From a virus: 64,000 bases of DNA. Location of the stretch: the IMG/VR virus record IMGVR_UViG_3300044695_008209, positions 32,001 through 96,000 of that record; one strand, given 5' to 3'. Below are positions 45,993 to 57,260 of the stretch, piece by piece (positions within the stretch are counted from its first letter, which is position 1; every line of letters starts with the position of its first letter). Position numbers and translations under genes: made by a program. Under the pieces are notes generated by a model. The model did not search any database and was not told where the DNA came from. It saw only the letters and a list, made by a program, of their open reading frames with translations.

Positions 45993-48900
45993 ATGCCGCC
46001 TACCCGCACATCCGCCTTTCACGGCTTCACGGTGGAGCCGGCTCGCACTAAGCCGGTGGCGGGGATCGACCCGAGCTCGTCCAGCAAGGTCGTGGGCGCG
46101 ATCATCCGGCTAAACGGACGAGCCTCGACAAGCGCCGACGGTTCTGAGCTCTCCTACGCGTGGAGCTTCTCCTCCACCCCGCTGGGCAGCACCGTCACCG
46201 AACTCACCAGCGTCGACGACGACGGCTCGGTTGTCACCTTCGTTCCGGACGTCACGGGGGAGTACACGATCAGCCTGGTCGTCAGCACGCCCTACCGCAG
46301 CAGCGACCCCGTCACCGCGACCGTGGAGGCGACGACCGTCCTCCTCCCCCTGTCTCTGCGGACCACCCCGGACGGGAAGATCATCTTCAACGTCGTCTCG
46401 TCGTTCTGGAAGATGGTCGAGCGCAACGCCGTGTTCTCGACCCTCTGGTCCGGGTACATGCAGTCGACCGCGAACGACATGCTGCGCGCGTTCCAGGTCG
46501 ACTACGGCAAGTCCATCGACACGATCCAGGAGATGTTCCAGCGCCGGTGGATCGCCTACTCTCCCGCACTGGAGCTCGACTCCGCCCAGTGCACCGCGGT
46601 GTACGGACGCCACCAGGGAGGCTCCGGCGCGTTCACGGTGTCCGGCGTCCTGGCGGGGGTAGGCGTCATCGTTAGCGATCGAGAGGTGGTCCTCCTCGAC
46701 GGCACCCCGACGACGTCAGCCGTCGGCTCGTCCCTGGTCGTCTACACGAGCGACGGGTCCCCCGGCAATCTCGGCGAGTACACGATCAACCGCCTCAACT
46801 CGGACAACTCCGGGTACATCATCTCGTCCGCGGCGGTGTTCCCGGCGCCCCTGGACGACCGTATCGCCGCGCTGACGACCCTCGTGACCGTCGCGGGCTC
46901 GACGACGATCTACGACGCGGACCTCCTTCAGGACTTCGTAGCGCTGGGCGTCACCGCCGGAGACGTCCTCCGGCTGGAAAGCGGGTCCGACTCCGGGTAC
47001 TACACGGTCACCGCGGTGAACGTCGGGAACGTCCGCACCTTCACGGTCGACCGCGCTCCCACGAAGACCCGGGCATCCCGCGCCGGGACGATCTTCAACG
47101 CAGTGCGCATCTCCGCGGCGAAGGTCGCCTCATCCGCGACGTCCACGGTGTTCCTGCCCGCAGATGAAGCTGACCTCACCGTGTTCGAGGCGCGCACGCT
47201 CGCCGGGGCCGGGACCGTCATCAGCGCGTACGAGATCGTGGTGGAGCCGAGGCACGTGCTCTCCGGGATGATCGGAGAGCGGCTGTACCTGACGACAGGG
47301 GGCTCCTCTGGGAGATCCTTCACCATCACCGGGCTGAACACCGCTGGGAACGGGTACCGCGTGGGGGCGTCGTTCGGCGTCGCCACCTACCCGACTGAGG
47401 TCACGTACAGCCTCACGAGCAACGCAGACGTCACGGACCGCGTTCTCATCCTGGAGGACGAGGCCTACGAGATCGTGTCCGCCACGTACGACAGCGGGGT
47501 GGACCCGGAGGATGGAGGGCGAGGGGCCGCGTGGATCGTCGTCCTGGCCGAGGCCACCGCGCCCACCGGACGCGAGGGCATGTCCTGGAGGATCGCCGCG
47601 ACGCTCTCCACGACGGAGTACGAGGACCTCGAGGAACTCGGTGTCACCGCCGGCGACCTCCTGATCCTCGAGGCGACGCGGAGTGACGTTGGGTTCGCCG
47701 GCGAGGTCCCCTGTTACATCTTCGGGGCCACGGGGTCCAAGATCTCATTCGACCTCGGGAAGGCACTGCCTGCGCTCGGCGCCTACGGGAGCCTCTCGGA
47801 TCAGGAGGTCCTGGACCTCGCGACCGGGTTGCGGATCCCGCGTGTCTACGAGGACGACGCGGGGGACGTCCAGATCATCCTGACCGCGGAAGAGGTCCAG
47901 GCCCTGGTGCTGAGCACCGCGTTCCAGTCGACCTACAGCAACGTGCCCCTCACCTCCTCGACGGCCATCGCGCTCGACCCTTACACGATCACGTTCAGCG
48001 TGAAGAAGGTCATCCGGAACTGCAGGATCCCCGTGGACGAGACGCTCTTGTCCGTCCCCTCGCTCTTCGAGTACATCGCGGAGCCGACCACCGGGGTGAA
48101 CGCCGACGGGGAGAACATCCTCGTCACCGACTACGGGACGGTGACGACCCTCGACCGCGCACCTCTGGAGCTGGTGGAGAACCGCGACTACACCATCAGC
48201 GCCGAGGGGAACGTCTCCGGGACGAACCTGGCGACGACAGCGGGTTCCGGCGTCCTGGAGATTCCGGGCGGTGACCTCCTGGACCGAGATCTCCGCGTCG
48301 GGGACTTCATCGACATCACGAGCGGCCTCGACCAGGATCGCTACTACGTGAGTTCCGTGCTGGACTCCGAGCACGTGCGCACGCTCACGGCAGACGGAGG
48401 CACCCCGTCCACAACGGCGTCCTCCCTGCGCTACACGATCGTCCGGCGGGTGCAGGGCAACTTCATCCGCTTCGTGGACGGGATGTTCACCCCGGACTCC
48501 CCGGCCCCCGACCGGTTCTGGGCACAGCTCAGCCTCTTCGACAACAACCCCACCATCGAGGACAACTTCGGGATCCTCGTGGGGGTGACGAAGGAGCAGC
48601 TCGACGAGTACGGTTCGTCCCAGGTCTCCTACCGCGGGGCGGTCCGGGCGCTGATGTACGCATGGGCGAGCGGCCCCACCATCCGGAACGTGACCGTCGG
48701 GAACCACGTGCTGATGGGGCTCCCGGTCACCGAGGTGCGCGGCAACATCATCGACGTCGACGCGAACTACGACACGTCGCGGTCACGGGGTCGCGTGCTG
48801 GTCGAGGACCTGACCCCGGAGGGGCAGCCGTCTGGGCTCGTGCGGGCCTACTTCTACTCCAGCAGCGTGGAGGGAGGTCTCGCCGCCTTCCAGGGCTTGG

Positions 48901-50837
48901 CGACCAACCCGACCACCGGGGCGGAGTACGCCGTCGACGACGTCGTCCCCGCGATGTCGGCCCTCTCGAAGAGCATCGTGGTCGACGACTACCTGACGGA
49001 CCCCCTGTGGTGGAAGTCGAGCAACTCCACAGGAGCGACCGAGCTCCAGAAGTTCCACACCTGGCAGGTGCTCGTGGACTCCAGCCAGGTGGACTCCCGC
49101 GACATCCCGCTCATCACCGATTTCTGCCTCGGGATCCGCCCGATCTACACGAAGCCGAAGGTCGTGTTGGTCCTCTACCTCTACGACACCGTGACCATCG
49201 AGGAGCAGCTGACGCTGTCCGGGGACCTGTTCCTCTACGACGACCCGATCCTGAGCCTGGAGTCGACGCATATGGTCGACTCCTACAACGGCAGCGGCCT
49301 GGCGCACCGCGTCTTCGACTACGGATCCTTCTCCACCAGGACGCTCTTCGAGGGAGCGGACCTGGTCACGACAGTAGGCACCGGGGTCGTGACTTCCGCG
49401 CGTGGCGGGTTCCTGAGCGTGCTCGACGCGGACCCCCTGGCACATGCGCCCAACGAGCCGGTGGCCATCCTCCTGGGCGTCAACAGCGCCTTCGAGGAGG
49501 GCGTCTACTACCGAGGGACCCCGCTTGTGCGTACGGGGGACATCCTGTTCATCCGCGATGGCGCCAACCGCGGTCGCTACTCGGTCGTCTCGGTCGACAG
49601 CGACACCCAGCTCACGGTTGACGAGCTCCCGGACTACCCCCCGACGACGCGCCCGGCGGCGGAGATCGAAGCCGGCACGGACCAGACCTTCCAGATCCAG
49701 CGGGAGGACTCCTACATTCTCGTCTCCGGCGCGGGCACCGTGTTGAGCAACGCCGGTGCCGGCGACGACGTCACCAGCGTGGTCGAGGACATGACCGGCG
49801 GCTTCCGCTGGAACGGCGTCGCCGTCGGCGACATCCTCGTCATCACCAGTCTGGGGGACGGCATCGTTCCCGGCACCCACGAGGTGCTGGAGGTCGGTGT
49901 GTGGAACGCCGGCGATCGGGAGGACCTCGACACGAAGCTGGTCGTGCGCGGCACGCTGAACGTCGGGGGCGCGTTCACCTACTACGTGATGCGCGACGGC
50001 CTCCGCACGAACCCGCTGGTCGAGATCACGGACCTGGTCCTCACGGTCGGATCGAGCGTGGTGTCGAGCGCGCTCACGAACTTCGAGCTCCTGTACCTGC
50101 GCCCGGGCGACCAGCTCGAGATCCTGATGGGCACCTATGCAGGGCAGTTCTTCGACATCATCGACACCCCCTCCTCCACCAGCGCGCACCTCCGCAACTT
50201 CACCTCGACCGTGAACGACCCTGGGACCGTTGCGCGGGTGGTGCGCCCGACCATCTTCGAGAGCGGGGACCCTCGCGATGAGGACTGGGAGCTCGAGAAG
50301 TTCTGCCTGAGCGACGACGTCACCGTGACGATCCTCGAGCCCCGTGTAGACGTCGTGGGCCCGCTTGCAGACCTCGATTTGACCCTCGATACGACAGACC
50401 CCCTGCCGGAGAACTGGACCGCGACGGCGACGTCTGCAACGGACCTCGCGGTGGCCGGTGTCCTGCCGGGGGACAAGCTGTCCATCGAGAACGCGCACGC
50501 CAACTCCGGGGTGTTCGAGGTGGTCAGCGTCGCTGGAACCTCCGCGGTCATCCGCGGGCTGTGGGGGTCGGAGGAGAACCCCGTGGCGGGGTCGTTCTCC
50601 GCGCTCGACCCCGCCTGGGACGTGGTGGATGACACGGCCACCCTCACCACCCTGCCCCTGCCCTCCGGACTGGCCGCCCTCGACGGCGTTGTGCTGCCGG
50701 GCGACGTACTGGTCGTGGATGGAGTAGGCTCCTTCGTCGTGGCCTCTGCTTCTGGCGCGGTGCTCACGCTCACCCGTGATACGGGAGTGAACCCCCTCGC
50801 CAGCTATACTGGTCGAGTCACGCGGAGATCTGTCTGA
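45993..50837 (+). CDS. Giant baseplate/tail protein with N-terminal PKD-like domain (1614 aa)
   Basis: LNGRASTSADGSELSYAWSF...TFVPDVTGEYTISLVV. Confidence 0.7.
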   Translation: MPPTRTSAFHGFTVEPARTKPVAGIDPSSSSKVVGAIIRLNGRASTSADGSELSYAWSFSSTPLGSTVTELTSVDDDGSVVTFVPDVTGEYTISLVVSTPYRSSDPVTATVEATTVLLPLSLRTTPDGKIIFNVVSSFWKMVERNAVFSTLWSGYMQSTANDMLRAFQVDYGKSIDTIQEMFQRRWIAYSPALELDSAQCTAVYGRHQGGSGAFTVSGVLAGVGVIVSDREVVLLDGTPTTSAVGSSLVVYTSDGSPGNLGEYTINRLNSDNSGYIISSAAVFPAPLDDRIAALTTLVTVAGSTTIYDADLLQDFVALGVTAGDVLRLESGSDSGYYTVTAVNVGNVRTFTVDRAPTKTRASRAGTIFNAVRISAAKVASSATSTVFLPADEADLTVFEARTLAGAGTVISAYEIVVEPRHVLSGMIGERLYLTTGGSSGRSFTITGLNTAGNGYRVGASFGVATYPTEVTYSLTSNADVTDRVLILEDEAYEIVSATYDSGVDPEDGGRGAAWIVVLAEATAPTGREGMSWRIAATLSTTEYEDLEELGVTAGDLLILEATRSDVGFAGEVPCYIFGATGSKISFDLGKALPALGAYGSLSDQEVLDLATGLRIPRVYEDDAGDVQIILTAEEVQALVLSTAFQSTYSNVPLTSSTAIALDPYTITFSVKKVIRNCRIPVDETLLSVPSLFEYIAEPTTGVNADGENILVTDYGTVTTLDRAPLELVENRDYTISAEGNVSGTNLATTAGSGVLEIPGGDLLDRDLRVGDFIDITSGLDQDRYYVSSVLDSEHVRTLTADGGTPSTTASSLRYTIVRRVQGNFIRFVDGMFTPDSPAPDRFWAQLSLFDNNPTIEDNFGILVGVTKEQLDEYGSSQVSYRGAVRALMYAWASGPTIRNVTVGNHVLMGLPVTEVRGNIIDVDANYDTSRSRGRVLVEDLTPEGQPSGLVRAYFYSSSVEGGLAAFQGLATNPTTGAEYAVDDVVPAMSALSKSIVVDDYLTDPLWWKSSNSTGATELQKFHTWQVLVDSSQVDSRDIPLITDFCLGIRPIYTKPKVVLVLYLYDTVTIEEQLTLSGDLFLYDDPILSLESTHMVDSYNGSGLAHRVFDYGSFSTRTLFEGADLVTTVGTGVVTSARGGFLSVLDADPLAHAPNEPVAILLGVNSAFEEGVYYRGTPLVRTGDILFIRDGANRGRYSVVSVDSDTQLTVDELPDYPPTTRPAAEIEAGTDQTFQIQREDSYILVSGAGTVLSNAGAGDDVTSVVEDMTGGFRWNGVAVGDILVITSLGDGIVPGTHEVLEVGVWNAGDREDLDTKLVVRGTLNVGGAFTYYVMRDGLRTNPLVEITDLVLTVGSSVVSSALTNFELLYLRPGDQLEILMGTYAGQFFDIIDTPSSTSAHLRNFTSTVNDPGTVARVVRPTIFESGDPRDEDWELEKFCLSDDVTVTILEPRVDVVGPLADLDLTLDTTDPLPENWTATATSATDLAVAGVLPGDKLSIENAHANSGVFEVVSVAGTSAVIRGLWGSEENPVAGSFSALDPAWDVVDDTATLTTLPLPSGLAALDGVVLPGDVLVVDGVGSFVVASASGAVLTLTRDTGVNPLASYTGRVTRRSV

Positions 50838-51028
50838 TGCTACGCAAGCTCCTGAAGGAAAGGACCAAGGTGCTGGACTCCCTCCGGATCTTCGGCGGGA
50901 GGCGTGCAGCGGGCGAGCGCGGCATGCGCATGCCCGATGGGTCTCCGGTGCCGGTCGAGCACATCATGAAGACCTTCGGGGTGACCCGAGAGCGCGCGGT
51001 CGAGATCGCGCAGAGGCAGACCCGATGA
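50837..51028 (+). CDS. Small basic protein
   Basis: Coupled on both sides. Confidence 0.55.
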   Translation: MLRKLLKERTKVLDSLRIFGGRRAAGERGMRMPDGSPVPVEHIMKTFGVTRERAVEIAQRQTR

Positions 51029-51648
51029 GCCCCTTCCACATCTTCCGCAAGATCCTCCCCGCGCGGCTCTTCTCCGACGTCTTCAAGCACAACCCGCAGA
51101 TCAAGGGTCACTTCCAGCTGGAGACCCGCGAGGGCGGGAAGCTGCGTCAGCGCACCGAGGGCTTCAACATCTGGACGCTGACGGGCCGCGAGTACATCGC
51201 CGAGATCGTCGCCCTGCAGGCCCGGAGTCCGAGGACGACCTTCCGTGACGACCGCATCGCCTACATCGGCATGGGCTCGGGCGCGCAGGCCGAGGTCTCC
51301 AGCATCGAGTCCCTCGTGGACCCGGTGGTCTACAAGACCGGAGAGTACCTGGCCGCCCTCGACGCCCCCGCCACGTTCCCCACGTCGGGCACGGCGACGA
51401 CGAACACCGCGGTGCGCTTCGTGCGCGAGTTCTCCCAGGGGGAGATCAGCCTCGGGTACAACGTCGTCCTGACGGAGGCGGGGCTCTTCACGGACGGGGA
51501 CCCCAACGACAACTGGGACTACGTCACCCCGGTCACCGACTTCGCCACGGCCGCAGGCCGTGCGCCGATGGCCTACAAGACCTACGAACCCATCACGAAG
51601 ACGGTTGACTTCACCCTTCGGGCGATCTGGGATCTCCGAATCGTGTAG
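51025..51648 (+). CDS. Tail-fibre attachment/collar-like protein
   Basis: IAYIGMGSG...LTEAGLF...AYKTYEPITKTVDFTLRAIW pattern common in myophage fibre-base proteins. Confidence 0.7.
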   Translation: MSPFHIFRKILPARLFSDVFKHNPQIKGHFQLETREGGKLRQRTEGFNIWTLTGREYIAEIVALQARSPRTTFRDDRIAYIGMGSGAQAEVSSIESLVDPVVYKTGEYLAALDAPATFPTSGTATTNTAVRFVREFSQGEISLGYNVVLTEAGLFTDGDPNDNWDYVTPVTDFATAAGRAPMAYKTYEPITKTVDFTLRAIWDLRIV

Positions 51649-51662
51649 CAAGAGGAACCACA

Positions 51663-54600
51663 ATGTCGACGAAGTACACCCGCCGCCCGTTCGCCATGGG
51701 CAACACCGCCAACCCGGTCGTGGTCACGCCCGAGCTGCGCGGTTCGCTGATGAAGGATGCGTCGGGCGAGTTCCCCGCGCTCTCGGTTCCCAGCGAGCTC
51801 GCAATCGAGACGGAAGAGCCCACCACCTCGGGGGGCGTGTCGGCCGTGTTCAGCACGTCGGCCACGATGACGCAGATCCTCGCGGACATCAACGGTACCG
51901 CAGGCCTGGTCGGCTTCGTGACGGCGGAGGAGGTCGAGGGGTGTCTCGTCCTGAAGAGCGCCGGTGCGGGAGAGGGTGCCTACGTCCGCATCATGCCGCC
52001 CGTCTCCGGGTTCGACGACGCGTCGGCGGTCTTCGGCTTCGACGTACATCCGCACCCCCTCGCCACGGTCTCTGCCGGCGACCTCCTCGATGCACCGGTG
52101 CGCCCGCGCCAGCAGATCAACCCGGTCGGCACGAAGTTCATCGCGACGGGAGAGGACCGTGTGGGGTCTGCGTACAACCGCGCCCTTCAGACGCTCTCCT
52201 TGAACAGCGACACGCTCTACACCTGGCTGCAGCGGTCCGTCGCCCGGCCCGTCTCCATCACGGTCGACGCCGTCGAGCATGCGGCGTACCTGACCACCAA
52301 CGCGGACGGCAGCATCGCGCAGGTCGACCTCTCCGACCTCTCCGCGTTCGACGCGTCTCTCGGGGATGTGCGCCTCTGCGTCGGGGGCACTGCAGGCCTC
52401 ACGAGGGACAGCACCCTCAACGAGATCGCGGAGCTCTACGAGGTCACGGACACCGGCCTGAAGGAGATCCCCGCGCAGGACCGGACCGTCCGGGTCGGTG
52501 CCGTCACGCGCGGGAAGCGCACGGCCGTACTCCCGACGTTCGCGGACGACGCGAGTGTTCCCACCACTCCCGTCCCGAACACCCTCCTCACCACGGCCGA
52601 CGGCGGAAACGCCCTCGGCGTCGACCGCGCGAAGCACGCCGGCGTGGTCATCACGGAGATCCGCCAGCGCACGACCATCGTCTGCACGGGGGCGACCTTC
52701 GTCACCAGCGGGGTCACAGCCGGGGACATCGCCACGATCTCCGGGGCCGCCATCAGCAGCCCGTTCAACCACGACGGTGCCTACCTCGTGGAGACGGTGG
52801 TCTCCGAGGAGGAGCTCGTCCTCCGCCCGGTCGACACGTCCGAGACGGTGCGCGAGCTCAATCCGGAGACGGGCGCCTTCGGCTCGGTGGTCATCTCCTC
52901 CGGCGGAGAGTGGGAGCGGTCCCTCTGGGTCTCGTTCTACCCGCCGATCCCGCGGATGCCCGAGGACGGGAAGATCGTCCTCACCATCCCGGTGGAGGCC
53001 GCCCTGGGGTCCCTGGCGCTCGCCGACCTGGTCAAGGGCAGCACGCGCACGAACAACAACGTCGACGGGTGGGCACTCCTCAACCTCTGGCGCGGGCTGA
53101 CGCTCGCCGGCGTGTACCAGGGCATGTCCGGACAGAACGGCAGCGGGTTCTTCGGCGCCATCACACACCGCCCCCTGCGCGCGGACCGTCAGGCTGCTGC
53201 TGCGACCTCGGCGGGTACGACCTCGCGCAGCAGCACCGGAGCTGCCGTCCTGGACGCGCACACGCTCCGCCTCACGGCCGCGGCAGCGGACCGCTTCGAC
53301 ACCTCCGATGTCGGCCTCACGATCCTCCTCAACGCCGGCCCTCTCCTCGCGAACGAGCCGTGGACGATCGTGCGCCTGATCGACAACGCCACCGCCGAGC
53401 TGGCCCCTCCCATCTTCCGCACGGGGTACCAGGAGCCGGACGGAACGACCGTGGCGGTGACGTCCTGGAGTGTGGTCGAGGGTGACGCCATCGACCTTCA
53501 CGGGACGATGCACGTTGTCTCACCCGAGTTCTTCGGGGAGGGAGACACCGCGCCAGCGGAGGGCGGCTACGTCTTCTCTCGCGAGCAGCGTGATGTGGGC
53601 ACCACCGACCCGCCGGTGCCCGGGCTCTTCTCCTTCCTGCACCTCGAGCGCATCCGCCTCACCAACGGCGGCACCAACATCACCATCACGACGGCGGGGC
53701 CCATCTCGGCCGACGACGTGCTGCCTCTCAGCTTCGCGCCCGAAGACACCTCGAACATCTTCGGGGAGACCTACGAGACCAAGACGGGCGCGGCGCAGTC
53801 CTCCCTCACCTTCGTCCGCATCCTGAACGGGAAGAACGCGGGCCTGTACCGCGTGAAGGATGTGAAGGACTCGAGCATCAGCTCCAACGCCGTCACCGTC
53901 CAGCGCCTCGACGGGACGCCTGTCGTGTTCACCGCAGAGGCCGAGGCCCAGATCGCGTTCTACAACGCGAAGGTGGGCATGTCCGTGCCCATCTACGGCG
54001 GGCCCGGCGCGGTGGGGATGTGGGGCGCGGCGCTGAGCCTCCTCGCAGACGCTGAGGAGACAGGCATCGCCGCCGACTTCGGGCTGCGCCTGGGCTGGCG
54101 CGGCGCCGGCGGCGGCATCATCGCCTACGTCAACGACCCGGAGTTCAAGTCCTTCGACAACGGCGACGGCGGCGACGGCCCGCTCATCACGGCCATCCTC
54201 CACGCGCCTGCGGACGGCATCGACCTCAAGGTGATCGGCGCGGACACCGGCAGTAGCGCGCGGCGGTCGTCCTTCGGCTTCCGCATCCGCGCGCACACCA
54301 GCCGGCACGACTACTCCCTCTCGAACCCTGGCCCGAGCGGCTCCCTCTTCCACTCCAACGCCTCCTTCGGCGGGTACATCGGGCAGACCGGGAAGGATCC
54401 CGCCCTCGTCCTCGTGAAGCACGATGCGGACGAGGCCGGCGACGAGACCACGCAGTACTCCAAGCTGACCCCCAGTGCGACGCTGGCTGTCGGGCGTGCA
54501 GGCGCCTCGAGCGTCGATGACCTCTCGGGTCCCGCAGGGCGGGGCTCTGCCGTCGAAGCCGCAGGCTCCGTCTACGTCTACAGGCACACCTTCGAGGCCG

Positions 54601-57260
54601 GCACCAACCCGGCGTGGAGCGAGGGTGGCATCTACTCCGAGGACGTCGTCGGAGCCGGGCGCTGGCTCTACCCGATCGTCGGGGTCTACGACTTCGGCGC
54701 CTCTCCGTACTACGGGACCGGGTCCTTCTCTGGGTGGGAGGCCCCCACTCAGCTCGGAACCCAGGGACAGGTCTACCCCCCGTCGGTGGGAGATGCCGAC
54801 CCGGCCGCGGAGATGCTCGCGCCCGACTACACCATCTTCAACTTCGCACACTCCGGAATCGCGCACTTCGCAGATGTGACCGTGATGGTGCCTGCACTGA
54901 CGGCCCCGTTCAACCGTCTCGTCGGGCTGCGCTTCAAGCTCAACGACCCGACTGCCTTCCTCGACCAGACCGAGTTCGCCATCGTCGGTGCTGTCGTGTC
55001 TGCGGAGAACCGTCTATACCTCGCGCTGCACTCGGAGACCGAGACAATCGCAGTCGACGCTGGACACGAGCGGTACTTCAAGATCCTCGGGCACCGCTGG
55101 CACGAGGCGCACCTCAACATCGGGGAGTTCTTGCTCTTCGGCACCAGCATGGGCCGCGGGGAGCTGGAAGTGATCCCGCTGATCGGGGTGCTCACGGACG
55201 ACGTCAACAACGCACTGGCGCGCGGGCCCTTTGCAGCACCTTCCGACCCAGAGCTGCAGACAGTCGAGGCCCTCTCGCCCTACTCGTGGACCGGCCATGA
55301 TGGAGTCCGCATCGGACTTGCGACGAGCTTGGCAGGGATGCCTGGTGTAGACGTCACGGCAGCGGCGTACTCGGGGGCGGTGTCGTGGCCTGGCGGTGCG
55401 TACACGTTCGCGCACCACGGGTGGGCTGCGGATTCCTTCGAGCCACGCGGCGCCTTCCCCAACTTCGCGTCCGTCGCGGTCGATCGAGCTCTCGACGCAG
55501 AGAACCCGACTCTCGACAGCACGTACAAGGGCTCACTGCTCGTCAATGACGTGGCGATCTCGTTCCCATTCGTCGGCACTGCCGGTCAGCTGACGTGGTC
55601 CGAGAAGTGGGGCGGCTGTCTTCACCTGAACCGTAGTTCAGTAGGTTCTTCCGTACAGATGCGGGTCTGGAGACCTGGGCACTCTGTCGTGTTCAAGGGA
55701 CACCTGTCGCTCCGTCTGACCCTTCTCCTTCAGGTGCAGAACTCGAAGTCCATGACCCTGGCGCTGCGAAAGGCGAACGGCACCGTCGTGGCGACCGGGA
55801 ACGCTTCCATCACGAGCAGCGTGACCCCCCAGGAAGTCGTCGTTGACCTGAGCGTTCTCGACGAGTCCGTCCTCCACGAGGGTGCTGCGGGTGCTGTGGC
55901 GGCGGACCGCAGCGCGGAGATGATCTTCCCCACGCTCGACGTCTTCGTGCAGAACTCTGGCGACGACGTCTACCTGCTCGAGTTCAGGGTTGAGCAGCTG
56001 ACCAAGCCGGTTCTGCATGACGGACCCCTCCTCGTGGCAGGCCCCGTCCTCGCGCACTCCTTCCGGTACGCCGAGGCGGTCAAGGGGTACGACACCCGCG
56101 GCCCACTGGATGCCGACATGCTCACGGGCAGCGGCTACGGCCTCGTCAGCGGGTCCCTCGACCCCATCCTCGCTCCGGCCCCGGACTCGGTCTGGGACCG
56201 AATCGGAGCGCAGGAGGTCGACGGTACCCCTGGGCGGATCCGCGCGAACTTCGGCGGAGGCGGGAGTGTCTGGTACCAGCTGGTCGCGCCCAGGGAGCTC
56301 TTCTTCTCCAAAGGACCCACCTCCGCCACCATCACCCTGGTGAACGGCGCGTACGACCCGCTCCTCTTCATCTACAAGACCTGCGACACGACCGGGGCAG
56401 ACCCGGACATCCACAGCGAGAACTTCCAGCTGCCGGGCAGGACTGGGTTCTCGGTACCGTTCGACCCTCCGCACGGGGCGCTGCTCACATCTCTCGCGCT
56501 CAGCATGAGCTTTCGCCCCAACTACCACACCGGGGACGACGACCTCCATTGGGGCATCTTCCGCACCCTGGACGCGTCAGGGGTCATCTCGTTGGGAAGC
56601 AGTGCTACGGCCAAGGGCGTCTTGGACAAGGCGAAGAACGACACGGCTGCAGGGGTCTACGTGGACCTCTGGAGGCACAACACGCTGGACATGGGGATCG
56701 CAGAACCCCAGAACGCCGAGTTCAGCGAGACACTGCCCCCCTTCGGATATCCGGAGCGCATCGCGCGGCTCACCGTCGACCTGTCGGGAGTGACGCCTCC
56801 GACGTGGCGTGCAAACCAGGTGGACCCTGCGAAGATCCCCTACTACACGGGCGCGGGAAAAGACGTGTTTGCGGGCCAGGAGCACTTCGTCCGGAAGAGC
56901 TGGGATCTCCTGCAGGCAGTCGACCCCGAGTACCAGCAAGCACTGCGTGTTGACCGCAGGCAGTACACGTACTTCATCACGATCTCGTTCTGGGGCGGCC
57001 CGCGGGATACGAGCACTCTCGACGGGAGCACTGTCTACGCGTACTCCCGGGCCCTTGGGTTCGGAACGATGGCAGAGTACAACGATGGGTCCGCGCTGGG
57101 CGGCACTCTGAGCGACCCCGCAGTTCGGGTAGCGGCTGGGTACCCAGGAGAGTACGGGGGTCCGAACGGCGAGGACGCCATGCACTTCCCGCCACAGGCG
57201 AAGTTCCGCGGCGCCCGACTTGGGTGGATCACTGATCGGTCCGGAAATGGTGGCTGGTAG
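51663..57260 (+). CDS. Giant tail fibre/appendage-like protein (1865 aa)
   Basis: Last gene of the operon, follows the collar-like gene, beta-rich. Confidence 0.6.
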   Translation: MSTKYTRRPFAMGNTANPVVVTPELRGSLMKDASGEFPALSVPSELAIETEEPTTSGGVSAVFSTSATMTQILADINGTAGLVGFVTAEEVEGCLVLKSAGAGEGAYVRIMPPVSGFDDASAVFGFDVHPHPLATVSAGDLLDAPVRPRQQINPVGTKFIATGEDRVGSAYNRALQTLSLNSDTLYTWLQRSVARPVSITVDAVEHAAYLTTNADGSIAQVDLSDLSAFDASLGDVRLCVGGTAGLTRDSTLNEIAELYEVTDTGLKEIPAQDRTVRVGAVTRGKRTAVLPTFADDASVPTTPVPNTLLTTADGGNALGVDRAKHAGVVITEIRQRTTIVCTGATFVTSGVTAGDIATISGAAISSPFNHDGAYLVETVVSEEELVLRPVDTSETVRELNPETGAFGSVVISSGGEWERSLWVSFYPPIPRMPEDGKIVLTIPVEAALGSLALADLVKGSTRTNNNVDGWALLNLWRGLTLAGVYQGMSGQNGSGFFGAITHRPLRADRQAAAATSAGTTSRSSTGAAVLDAHTLRLTAAAADRFDTSDVGLTILLNAGPLLANEPWTIVRLIDNATAELAPPIFRTGYQEPDGTTVAVTSWSVVEGDAIDLHGTMHVVSPEFFGEGDTAPAEGGYVFSREQRDVGTTDPPVPGLFSFLHLERIRLTNGGTNITITTAGPISADDVLPLSFAPEDTSNIFGETYETKTGAAQSSLTFVRILNGKNAGLYRVKDVKDSSISSNAVTVQRLDGTPVVFTAEAEAQIAFYNAKVGMSVPIYGGPGAVGMWGAALSLLADAEETGIAADFGLRLGWRGAGGGIIAYVNDPEFKSFDNGDGGDGPLITAILHAPADGIDLKVIGADTGSSARRSSFGFRIRAHTSRHDYSLSNPGPSGSLFHSNASFGGYIGQTGKDPALVLVKHDADEAGDETTQYSKLTPSATLAVGRAGASSVDDLSGPAGRGSAVEAAGSVYVYRHTFEAGTNPAWSEGGIYSEDVVGAGRWLYPIVGVYDFGASPYYGTGSFSGWEAPTQLGTQGQVYPPSVGDADPAAEMLAPDYTIFNFAHSGIAHFADVTVMVPALTAPFNRLVGLRFKLNDPTAFLDQTEFAIVGAVVSAENRLYLALHSETETIAVDAGHERYFKILGHRWHEAHLNIGEFLLFGTSMGRGELEVIPLIGVLTDDVNNALARGPFAAPSDPELQTVEALSPYSWTGHDGVRIGLATSLAGMPGVDVTAAAYSGAVSWPGGAYTFAHHGWAADSFEPRGAFPNFASVAVDRALDAENPTLDSTYKGSLLVNDVAISFPFVGTAGQLTWSEKWGGCLHLNRSSVGSSVQMRVWRPGHSVVFKGHLSLRLTLLLQVQNSKSMTLALRKANGTVVATGNASITSSVTPQEVVVDLSVLDESVLHEGAAGAVAADRSAEMIFPTLDVFVQNSGDDVYLLEFRVEQLTKPVLHDGPLLVAGPVLAHSFRYAEAVKGYDTRGPLDADMLTGSGYGLVSGSLDPILAPAPDSVWDRIGAQEVDGTPGRIRANFGGGGSVWYQLVAPRELFFSKGPTSATITLVNGAYDPLLFIYKTCDTTGADPDIHSENFQLPGRTGFSVPFDPPHGALLTSLALSMSFRPNYHTGDDDLHWGIFRTLDASGVISLGSSATAKGVLDKAKNDTAAGVYVDLWRHNTLDMGIAEPQNAEFSETLPPFGYPERIARLTVDLSGVTPPTWRANQVDPAKIPYYTGAGKDVFAGQEHFVRKSWDLLQAVDPEYQQALRVDRRQYTYFITISFWGGPRDTSTLDGSTVYAYSRALGFGTMAEYNDGSALGGTLSDPAVRVAAGYPGEYGGPNGEDAMHFPPQAKFRGARLGWITDRSGNGGW

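Noticed and set aside
14656-51648. TGTAG as a late promoter (14656, 36831, 43712, 51644)
   Set aside because: Too short, and partly explained by TAG stop codons; not distinguishable from chance by eye
22795-57260. Bacterial contractile injection system or tailocin rather than phage
   Set aside because: Flanked by RecA, ligase, resolvases and phage-type accessory cassettes, with no host housekeeping context
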